DNA of 64,000 nt, taken from positions 133,362,001-133,426,000 of the forward strand of contig OZ024744.1 of assembly GCA_964016885.1 (NCBI GenBank), given 5' to 3'. A program made the position numbers and the translations under genes. Below the pieces are notes generated by a model, which saw only the letters and a list, made by a program, of their open reading frames with translations, made no database searches and was not told where the DNA came from. Source of the stretch: Eledone cirrhosa (taxonomy: Eukaryota). Below are positions 12,001 through 22,500 of the stretch, piece by piece (within the stretch, counting starts at the first letter, position 1; each line of letters opens with the position of its first letter).

Positions 12001-15000
12001 TAATTTGTGGTTAAGTTAAGTTGGGGTTAAGTTAAGTTGGGATTAAGTTAAGTTGGGGTTGAGTTAAGTTGGGGTTGAGTTAATTTAGGGTTAAGTTAAG
12101 TTGGGGGTAAGTTAAGTTGGGGGCAAGTTAAGTTGGGGTTAAGTTAAGTTGGGGTTAAATTAAGTTGGGGTTAAGTTAAGTTGGTGTTAAGTTAAGTTGG
12201 GGTTTATTTAAGTTGGGGTTAAGTTAAGTCGGGGTTAAGTAAAGTTGGGGTTGAGTTAAGTTGGGGCTAATTTAATTTGTGGTTAAGTTGGGGTTAAGTT
12301 AAATTGGGGTTAAGTTAAGTTGGGGTTGAGTTAAGTTGGGGTTGAGTTAATTTAGGGTTAAGTTAAGTTGGGGTTAAGTTAAGTTGGGTTTAAGTTAAGT
12401 TGGGGTTAAATTAAGTTGGGGTTAAGTTAAGTTGGGGGTAAGTTAAGTTGGGGGCAAGTTAAGTTGGGGTTAAGTTAAGTTGGGGTTAAATTAAGTTGGG
12501 GTTAAGTTAAGTTGGTGTTAAGTTAAGTTGGGGTTTATATAAGTTGGGGTTAATTAAGTTGGGGTTAGGTTAAGTTGGGGTTAAGTTAAATGGGTTTATA
12601 TTAAGTTGGGGTTAAGTTAAGTTGGGGTTAAGTTGAGTTGGCGTTCAGTTAAGTTGCGGTTAATTTAAGTTGGGGTTAAGTTAAGTTGGGGTTAATTTAA
12701 GTTGGGGTTGAGTTAATTGGTGTTGAGTGAAGTTGGGGTTAAGTTAAGTTGGGGTTAATTTAAGTTGGGGTTAAGTTAAGTCGGGGTTAAGTTAAGTTGG
12801 GGTTGAGTTAAGTTGGGGTTAAGTTAAGTTGGGGCTAATTTAATTTGTGGTTAAGTTGGGGTTAAGTTAAGTTGGCGTTAAGTTAAGTTGGGGTTGAGTT
12901 AAGTTGGGGTTGAGTTAATTTAGGGTTAAGTTAAGTTGGGGTTAAGTTAAGTTGGGTTTAAGTTAAGTTGGGGTTAAATTAAGTTGGGGTTAAGTTAAGT
13001 TGGGGGTAAGTTAAGTTGGGGGCAAGTTAAGTTGGGGTTAAGTTAAGTTGGGGTTAAATTAAGTTGGGGTTAAGTTAAGTTGGTGTTAAGTTAAGTTGGG
13101 GTTTATTTAAGTTGGGGTTAATTAAGTTGGGGTTAGGTTAAGTTGGGGTTAAGTTAAATGGGTTTATATTAAGTTGGGGTTAAGTTAAGTTGGGGTTAAG
13201 TTGAGTTGGGGTTCAGTTAAGTTGCGGTTAATTTAAGTTGGGGTTAAGTTAAGTTGGGGTTAAGTTAAGTTGGGGTTAAGTTAAGTTGGGGCTAAGTTAA
13301 GTTGGGGTTAAGTTAAGTTGGTGTTAAGTTAAGTTGGGGCTAAGTTAAGTTGGGGCTGAGTTAAGTTGGGGCTGAGTTAAGTTGGGGTTAAGTTAAGTTG
13401 GGGTTAAGTTAAGTTGGGGTTAAGTTAAGTTGGGGTTAAGTTAAGTTGGGGTTAAGTTAAGTTGGGGTTTAGTTAAGTTGGGGTTCAGTTAAGATGGGGT
13501 TAAGTTAAGTTTGGGTTAAGTTGGGGTTAAATTAATTTGGGGTTAAGTTAAGTTGGGGTTTAGTTAAGTTGGGGTTAAGTTAAGTTGGGGTTAATTTAAG
13601 TTGGGGTTAAGTTAAGTTGCGGGTAATTTAAGTTGGGGTTAAGTTAAGTTGGGGTTAAGTTAAGTTGGGGTTAAGTTAAGTTGGGGGTAAGTTAAGTTGG
13701 GGGTAAGTTAAGTTGGGGGTAAGTTAAGTTGGGGTTAAGTTAAGATATGGTTAAGTTAAATTGGGGTTGAGTTAAGTTGGGGTTAAGTTAAGTTGGGGTT
13801 ATGTTAAGTTGGGGTTAAGTTAAGTTGCGGTTAAGTTAAGTTGGGGTTATGTTAAGTTGGGGTTAAGTTAAATTGGGGTTAAGTTAAGTTGGGGTTAAGT
13901 TAAGTTGGGGTTAAGTTAAGTTGGGGTTAAGTTAGATTGTGGTTAAGTTAAGTTGGGGTTAAGTTAAGTTGGGGTTAAGTTAAGTTGGGGTTAAGTTAAG
14001 GCGGGGTTAAGTTGAGTTGGTGTTAAGTTAAGTTGGGGTTAAGTTAAGTTGGGGTTGAGTTAATTTGGGGTTAACTTAAGTTGGGGGTACTTAAGTTGGG
14101 TTTAAGTTAAGTGGGGTTAAGTTAAGTTGGGGTTAAGTTAAGTTGGGGTTAAGTTAAGTTGGGGTTAAGTTAGGTTGTGGTTAAGTTAAGTTGGGGGTAA
14201 GTTAAGTTGGGGGTAAGTTAAGTTGGGGTTAATTTAAGTTGGGTCTAATTAAGTTGGGGTTAAGTTAAGTTGGGGTTAAGTTAAGTTGGGGTTGAGTTAA
14301 TTTGGGGTTAACTTAAGTTGGGGGTACTTAAGTTGGGTTTAAGTTAAGTGGGGTTAAGTTAAGTTGGGGGTAAGTTAAGTTGGGGGTAAGTTAAGTTGGG
14401 GTTAATTTAAGTTGGGTCAAATTAAGTTGGGGTTAAGTTAAGTTGGGGTTAAGTTAAGTTAGGGTTAAATTAAGTTGGGGTTAAGTTAAGTTGGGGTTAA
14501 ATTAAGTTGGCGCTAAGTTAATTTGTGGTTAAGTTAAGTTGGGGTTAAGTTAAGTTGGGATTAAGTTAAGTTGGGTTTAAGTTAAGTTGGGGTTGAGTTA
14601 AGTTGGGGTTGAGTTAATTTAGGGTTAAGTTAAGTTGGGGTTAAGTTAAGTTGGGTTTAAGTTAAGTTGGGGTTAAATTAAGTTGGGGTTAAATTAAGTT
14701 GGGGTTAAGTTAGGTTGGGGGTAAGTTAAGTTGGGGGCAAGTTAAGTTGGGGTTAAGTTAAGTTGGGGTTAAATTAAGTTGGGGTTAAGTTAAGTTGGTG
14801 TTAAGTTAAGTTGGGGTTTATTTAAGTTGGGGTTAATTAAGTTGGGGTTAAGTTAAGTTGGGTTTAAGTTAAGTTGGGGTTAATTTAAGTTGGGGTTGAG
14901 TTAAGTTGGGGTTAAGTTAAGTTGGGTTTATATTAAGTTGGGGTTAAGTTAAGTAGGGGTTAAGTTAAGTTGGTGTTAAGTTAAGTTGGGGCTAAGTTAA

Positions 15001-18000
15001 GTTGGGGCTGAGTTAAGTTGGGGCTGAGTTAAGTTGGGGTTAAGTTAAGTTGGGGTTGAGTTAAGTTGGGGTTAAGTTAAGTTGGGGTTAAGTTAAGTTG
15101 GGGTTAAGTTAAGTTGGGGTTAAGTTAAGTTGGGGTTTAGTTAAGTTGGGGTTCAGTTAAGTTAGGGTTAAGTTAAGTTTGGGTTAAGTTGGAGTTAAAT
15201 TAATTTGGGGTTAAGTTAAGTTGGGGTTTAGTTTAGTTGGGGTTAAATTAAGTTGGGGTTAATTTAAGTTGGTGTTAAGTTAAGTTGCGGGTAATTTAAG
15301 TTGGGGTTAAGTTAAGTTGGGGTTAAGTTAAGTTGGGGTTAAGTTAAGTTGGGGTTAAGTTAAGTTGGGGTTAAGTTAAGTTGGGGTTAAGTTAAGTTGG
15401 GGGTAAGTTAAGTTGGGGGTAAGTTAAGTTGGGGGTAAGTTAAGTTGGGGTTAAATTAAGTTAGGGTTAAGTTAAGTTGGGGTTGAGTTAAGTTGGGGTT
15501 AAGTTAAGTTGGGGTTATGTTAAGTTGGAGTTAAGTTAAGTTGGGGTTAAGTTAAGTTGGGGTTAAGTTAAGTCGGGGTTAAGTTAGATTGTGGTTAAGT
15601 TAAGTTGGGGTTAAGTTAAGTTGGGGTTAATTTGGGGTTAAGTTAAGTTGGGGTTAAGTTAAGTTGGGGTTGAGTTAAGTTGGGGTTAAGTTAAGTTGGG
15701 GTTAATTTAAATTGGGGTTAAGTTAACTTTGTGGTTAAGTTAAGTTGGGGTTAAGTTAAGTTGGGGTTAAGTTAAGTTGGGGTTGAGTTAAGTTGGGGTT
15801 GAGTGAAGTTGGGGTTAAGTTAAGTTGGGGTTAAGTTAAGTTGGCGTTAAGTTAAGTTGGGGTTAAGTTAAGTTAGGGTTAAGTTAAGTTGGGGTTCAGT
15901 TAAGTTGCGGTTAAGTTAAGTTGGGGTAAAGTTAAGTTGGTGTTAATTAAGTTGGGGTTAAGTTAAGTTGGTGTTAAGTTAAGTTGGGGCTAAGTTAAGT
16001 TGGGGTTGAGTTAAGTTGGAGTTAAGTTAAGTTGGGGTTATGTTAAGTTGGGGTTAAGTTAAGTTGGAGTTAATTTAAGTTGGGGTTGATTTAAGTTGGG
16101 GTTGAGTTAAATTAGGGTGGAGTTAAGTTGGGGTTGAGTTAAGTTGGTGTTGAGTTAAGTTAGGGTTAAGTTAAGTTGGGGTTAAGTTAAGTTGCAGTTA
16201 AGTTAAGTTGAGGTTAAGTTAAGTTGGGGTTAAGTTAAGTTGGGGTTAAGTTAAGTTTGGGTTAAGTTGGGGTTAAATTAAGTTGGGGTTAAGTTAAGTT
16301 GGGGTTTAGTTAAGTTGGGGTTAAGTTAAGTTGGGGTTAATTTAAGTTGGGGTTAAGTTAAGTTGGGGTTAAGTTAAGTGGTGGTTATGTTAAGTTGGGG
16401 TTAAGTTAAGTTGGGGTTAATTTAAATTGGGGTTAAGTTAACTTTGTGGTTAAGTTAAGTTGGGGTTAAGTTAAGTTGGGGTTAAGTTAAGTTGGGGTTG
16501 AGTTAATTGGGGTTGAGTGAAGTTGGGGTTAAGTTAAGTTGGGGTTAATTTAAGTTGGGGTTAAGTTAAGTCGGGGTTAAGTTAAGTTTGGGTTAAGTTG
16601 GGGTTAAATTAAGTTGGGGTTAAGTTAAGTTGGGGTTTAGTTAAGTTGGGGTTAAGTTAAGTTGGGGTTAATTTAAGTTGGGGCTAATTTAATTTGTGGT
16701 TAAGTTGGGGTTAAGTTAAGTTGGGGTTAAGTTAAGTTGGGGTTGAGTTAAGTGGGGGTTGAGTTAATTTAGGGTTAAGTTAAGTTGGGGTTAAGTTAAG
16801 TTGGGTTTAAGTTAAGTTGGGGTTAAATTAAGTTGGGGTTAAGTTAAGTTGGGGGTAAGTTAAGTTGGGGGCAAGTTAAGTTGGGGTTAAGTTAAGTTGG
16901 GGTTAAATTAAGTTGGGGTTAAGTTAAGTTGGTGTTAAGTTAAGTTGGGGTTTATTTAAGTTGGGGTTAATTAAGTTGGGGTTAAGTTAAGTTGGGGTTA
17001 AGTCAAGTTGGGGTTAAGTTAGATCGTGGTTAAGTTAAGTTGGGGTTAAGTTAAGTTGGGATTAAGTTAAGTTGGGGTTAAGTTAAGGCGGGGTTAAGTT
17101 GAGTTGGTGTTAAGTTAAGTTGGGGTTAAGTTAAGTTGGGGTTGAGTTAAGTTGGGGTTAACTTAAGTTGGGGGTACTTAAGTTGGGTTTAAGTTAAGTG
17201 GGGTTAAGTTAAGTTGGGGTTAAGTTAAGTTGGGGTTAAGTTAAGTTGGGGTTAAGTTAGGTTGTGGTTAAGTTAAGTTGGGGGTAAGTTAAGTTGGGGG
17301 TAAGTTAAGTTGGGGTTAAATAAAGTTGGGTCTAATTAAGTTGGGGTTAAGTTAAGTTGAGGTTAAGTTAAGTTGGGGTTGAGTTAATTTGGGGTTAACT
17401 TAAGTTGGGGGTACTTAAGTTGGGTTTAAGTTAAGTGGGGTTAAGTTAAGTTGGGGGTAAGTTAAGTTGGGTGTAAGTTAAGTTGGGGTTAATTTAAGTT
17501 GGGTCAAATTAAGTTGGGGTTAAGTTAAGTTGGGGTTAAGTTAAGTTAGGGTTAAATTAAGTTGGGGTTAAGTTAAGTTGGGGTTAAATAAAGTTGGCGC
17601 TAAGTTAATTTGTGGTTAAGTTAAGTTGGGGTTAAGTTAAGTTGGGATTAAGTTAAGTTGGGGTTGAGTTAAGTTGGGGTTGAGTTAATTTAGGGTTAAG
17701 TTAAGTTGGGGTTAAGTTAAGTTGGGTTTAAGTTAAGTTGGGGTTAAATTAAGTTGGGGTTAAGTTAGGTTGGGGGTAAGTTAAGTTGGGGGCAAGTTAA
17801 GTTGGGGTTAAGTTAAGTTGGGGTTAAATTAAGTTGGGGTTAAGTTAAGTTGGTGTTAAGTTAAGTTGGGGTTTATTTAAGTTGGGGTTAATTAAGTTGG
17901 GGTTAAGTTAAGTTGGGTTTAAGTTAAGTTGGGGTTAATTTAAGTTGTGGTTGAGTTAAGTTGGGGTTAAGTTAAGTTGGGTTTATATTAAGTTGGGGTT

Positions 18001-18102
18001 AAGTTAAGTTGGGGTTAAGTTAAGTTGGGGTTCAGTTAAGTTGCGGTTAAGTTAAGTTGGGGTAAAGTTAAGTTGGTGTTAAGTTAAGTTGGGGTTAAGT
18101 TA
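1..18102 (+). repeat. Higher-order direct duplication: about 1-7895 is repeated at about 10143-18102 (offset 10,142, then 10,207 after a 65-bp indel)
   Basis: Markers: TTAACTTTGTGG at 81 and 10223; GGTAATG at about 741 and 10883; AGATCGTGG at 6814 and 17021; C of TCAAG at 6797 and 17004. The second copy has four extra monomers (65 bp) near 10920-10985. The copies diverge after about 7895/18102. Confidence 0.9.
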
Positions 18103-20650
18103 AGTTGGTGTTAAGTTAAGTTGGGGCTAAGTTAAGTTGGGGCTGAGTTAAGTTGGGTCTGAATTAAGTTGGGGTTAAGTTAAGTTGGGGTTGAGTTAAG
18201 TTGGGGTTAATTTAAGTTGGGGTTAAGTTAAGTTGGGGTTAAGTTAAGTTGGGGTTAAGTTAAGTTGGGGTTTACTTAAGTTGGGGTTCAGTTAAGTTGG
18301 GGTTAAGTTAAGTTGGGGTTAAGTTAAGTTGGGGGTAAGTTAAGTTGGGGGTAAGTTAAGTTGGGGGTAAGTTAAGTTGGGGTTAAGTTAAGTTAGGGTT
18401 AAGTTAAATTGGGGTTGAGTTAAGTTGGGGTTAAGTTAAGTTGGGGTTATGTTAAGTTGGGGTTAAGTTAAGTTGGGGTTAAGTTAAGTCGGGGTTAAGT
18501 TAAGTCGGGGTTAAGTTAAGTTAGGGTTAAGTTAAGTTGGAGTTAAGTTAAGTTGGGGTTGATTTAAGTTGGGGTTGAGTTAAATTAGGGTGGAGTTAAG
18601 TTGGGGTTGAGTTAAGTTGGGGTTGAGTTAAGTTAGGGTTAAGTTAAGTTGGGGTTAAGTTAAGTTGCAGTTAAGTTAAGTTGAGGTTAAGTTAAGTTGG
18701 GGTTAAGTTAAGTTGGGGTTAAGTTAAGTTGGGGTTTAGTTAAGTTGGGGTTAAGTTAAGTTGGGGTTAATTTAAGTTGGGGTTAAGTTAAGTTGGGGTT
18801 AAGTTAAGTGGTGGTTATGTTAAGTTGGGGTTAAGTTAAGTTGGGGTTAATTTAAATTGGGGTTAAGTTAACTTTGTGGTTAAGTTAAGTTGGGGTTAAG
18901 TTAAGTTGGGGTTAAGTTAAGTTGGGGTTGAGTTAATTGGTGTTGAGTGAAGTTGGGGTTAAGTTAAGTTGGGGTTAAGTTAAGTTGGGGTTAAGTTAAG
19001 TTGGGGTTTAGTTAAGTTGGGGTTCAGTTAAGTTGGGGTTAAGTTAAGTTTGGGTTAAGTTGGAGTTAAATTAATTTGGGGTTAAGTTAAGTTGGGGTTT
19101 AGTTTAGTTGGGGTTAAATTAAGTTGGGGTTAATTTAAGTTGGGGTTAAGTTAAGTTGCGGGTAATTTAAGTTGGGGTTAAGTTAAGTTGGGGTTAAGTT
19201 AAGTTGGGGTTCAGTTAAGTTGGGGTTAAGTTAAGTTGGGGTTAAATTAAGTTGGGGTTAAGTTAAGTTGGTGTTAAGTTAAGTTGGGGTTTATTTAAGT
19301 TGGGGTTAATTAAGTTGGGGTTAAGTTAAGTTGGGTTTAAGTTAAGTTGGGGTTAATTTAAGTTGTGGTTGAGTTAAGTTGGGGTTAAGTTAAGTTGGGT
19401 TTATATTAAGTTGGGGTTAAGTTAAGTTGGGGTTAAGTTAAGTTGGGGTTCAGTTAAGTTGCGGTTAAGTTAAGTTGGGGTAAAGTTAAGTTGGTGTTAA
19501 GTTAAGTTGGGGTTAAGTTAAGTTGGTGTTAAGTTAAGTTGGGGCTAAGTTAAGTTGGGGCTGAGTTAAGTTGGGGCTGAATTAAGTTGGGGTTAAGTTA
19601 AGTTGGGGTTGAGTTAAGTTGGGGTTAATTTAAGTTGGGGTTAAGTTAAGTTGGGGTTAAGTTAAGTTGGGGTTAAGTTAAGTTGGGGTTTAGTTAAGTT
19701 GGGGTTCAGTTAAGTTGGGGTTAAGTTAAGTTGGGGTTAAGTTAAGTTGGGGGTAAGTTAAGTTGGGGGTAAGTTAAGTTGGGGGTAAGTTAAGTTGGGG
19801 TTAAGTTAAGTTAGGGTTAAGTTAAATTGGGGTTGAGTTAAGTTGGGGTTAAGTTAAGTTGGGGTTATGTTAAGTTGGGGTTAAGTTAAGTTGGGGTTAA
19901 GTTAAGTCGGGGTTAAGTTAAGTCGGGGTTAAGTTAAGTTAGGGTTAAGTTAAGTTGGAGTTAAGTTAAGTTGGGGTTGATTTAAGTTGGGGTTGAGTTA
20001 AATTAGGGTGGAGTTAAGTTGGGGTTGAGTTAAGTTGGGGTTGAGTTAAGTTAGGGTTAAGTTAAGTTGGGGTTAAGTTAAGTTGCAGTTAAGTTAAGTT
20101 GAGGTTAAGTTAAGTTGGGGTTAAGTTAAGTTGGGGTTAAGTTAAGTTGGGGTTTAGTTAAGTTGGGGTTAAGTTAAGTTGGGGTTAATTTAAGTTGGGG
20201 TTAAGTTAAGTTGGGGTTAAGTTAAGTGGTGGTTATGTTAAGTTGGGGTTAAGTTAAGTTGGGGTTAATTTAAATTGGGGTTAAGTTAACTTTGTGGTTA
20301 AGTTAAGTTGGGGTTAAGTTAAGTTGGGGTTAAGTTAAGTTGGGGTTGAGTTAATTGGTGTTGAGTGAAGTTGGGGTTAAGTTAAGTTGGGGTTAAGTTA
20401 AGTTGGGGTTAAGTTAAGTTGGGGTTTAGTTAAGTTGGGGTTCAGTTAAGTTGGGGTTAAGTTAAGTTTGGGTTAAGTTGGAGTTAAATTAATTTGGGGT
20501 TAAGTTAAGTTGGGGTTTAGTTTAGTTGGGGTTAAATTAAGTTGGGGTTAATTTAAGTTGGGGTTAAGTTAAGTTGCGGGTAATTTAAGTTGGGGTTAAG
20601 TTAAGTTGGGGTTAAGTTAAGTTGGGGTTCAGTTAAGTTGGGGTTAAGTT
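17795..20650 (+). repeat. Tandem higher-order duplication, period 1,418 bp (2 copies)
   Basis: TAAAG at 18063 and 19481; paired TCGGGG units at about 18490/18505 and 19908/19923; C of TTCAG at 19212 and 20630. Confidence 0.88.
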
Positions 20651-22500
20651 ATGTTTGGGTTAAGTTGGAGTTAAATTAATTTGGGGTTAAGTTAAGTTGG
20701 GGTTTAGTTTAGTTGGGGTTAAATTAAGTTGGGGTTAATTTAAGTTGGGGTTAAGTTAAGTTGCGGGTAATTTAAGTTGGGGTTAAGTTAAGTTGCGGGT
20801 AATTTAAGTTGGGGTTAAGTTAAGTTGGGGTTAAGTTAAGTTGGGGTTAAGTTAAGTTGGGGTTAAGTTAAGTTGGGGTTGAGTTAAGTTGGAGTTAAGT
20901 TAAGTTGGGGTTATGTTAAGTTGGGGTTAAGTTAAGTTGGGGTTAAGTTAAGTTGGGGTTAAGTTAAGTTGGGGTTAAGTTAGATTGTGGTTAAGTTAAG
21001 TTGGGGTTAAGTTAAGTTGGGGTTAAGTTGGGGTTAAGTTAAGTTAGGGTTAAGTTAAGTTGGGGTTGAGTTAAGTTGGGGTTAAGTTAAGTGGTGGTTA
21101 TGTTAAGTTGGGGTTAAGTTAAGTTGGGGTTAATTTAAATTGGGGTTAAGTTAACTTTGTGGTTAAGTTAAGTTGGGGTTAAGTTAAGTTGGGGTTACGT
21201 TAAGTTGGGGTTGAGTTAAGTTGGGGTTGAGTGAAGTTGGGGTTAAGTTAAGTTGGGGTTAAGTTAAGTTGGGGTTCAGTTAAGTTGCGGTTAAGTTAAG
21301 TTGGGGTAAAGTTAAGTTGGTGTTAATTAAGTTGGGGTTAAGTTAAGTTGGTGTTAAGTTAAGTTGGGGCTAAGTTAAGTTGGGGTTGAGTTAAGTTGGG
21401 GTTAAGTTAAGTTGGGGTTATGTTAAGTTGGGGTTACGTTAAGTTGGAGTTAAGTTAAGTTGGGGTTGATTTAAGTTGGGGTTGAGTTAAATTAGGGTGG
21501 AGTTAAGTTGGGGTTGAGTTACGTTGGTGTTGAGTTAAGTTAGGGTTAAGTTAAGTTGGGGTTAAGTTAAGTTGCAGTTAAGTTAAGTTGAGGTTAAGTT
21601 AAGTTGGGGTTAAGTTAAGTTGGGGTTAAGTTAAGTTTGGGTTAAGTTGGGGTTAAATTAAGTTGGGGTTAAGTTAAGTTGGGGTTTAGTTAAGTTGGGG
21701 TTAAGTTAAGTTGGGGTTAATTTAAGTTGGGGTTAAGTTAAGTTGGGGTTAAGTTAAGTGGTGGTTATGTTAAGTTGGGGTTAAGTTAAGTTGGGGTTAA
21801 TTTAAATTGGGGTTAAGTTAACTTTGTGGTTGAGTTAAGTTGGGGTTAATTTAAGTTGGGGTTAAGTTAAGTTGGGGTTAAGTTAAGTTGGGGTTAAATT
21901 AAGTTGGGGTTAAGTTAAGTTGGTGTTAAGTTAAGTTGGGGTTTATTTAAGTTGGGGTTAATTAAGTTGGGGTTAAGTTAAGTTGGGTTTAAGTTAAGTT
22001 GGGGTTCAGTTAAGTTGCGGTTAAGTTAAGTTGGGGTAAAGTTAAGTTGGTGTTAAGTTAAGTTGGGGTTAAGTTAAGTTGGTGTTAAGTTAAGTTGGGG
22101 CTAAGTTAAGTTGGGGCTGAGTTAAGTTGGGGCTGAATTAAGTTGGGGTTAAGTTAAGTTGGGGTTGAGTTAAGTTGGGGTTAATTTAAGTTGGGGTTAA
22201 GTTAAGTTGGGGTTAAGTTAAGTTGGGGTTAAGTTAAGTTGGGGTTTAGTTAAGTTGGGGTTCAGTTAAGTTGGGGTTAAGTTAAGTTGGGGTTAAGTTA
22301 AGTTGGGGGTAAGTTAAGTTGGGGGTAAGTTAAGTTGGGGGTAAGTTAAGTTGGGGTTAAGTTAAGTTAGGGTTAAGTTAAATTGGGGTTGAGTTAAGTT
22401 GGGGTTAAGTTAAGTTGGGGTTATGTTAAGTTGGGGTTAAGTTAAGTTGGGGTGAAGTTAAGTCGGGGTTAAGTTAAGTCGGGGTTAAGTTAAGTTAGGG

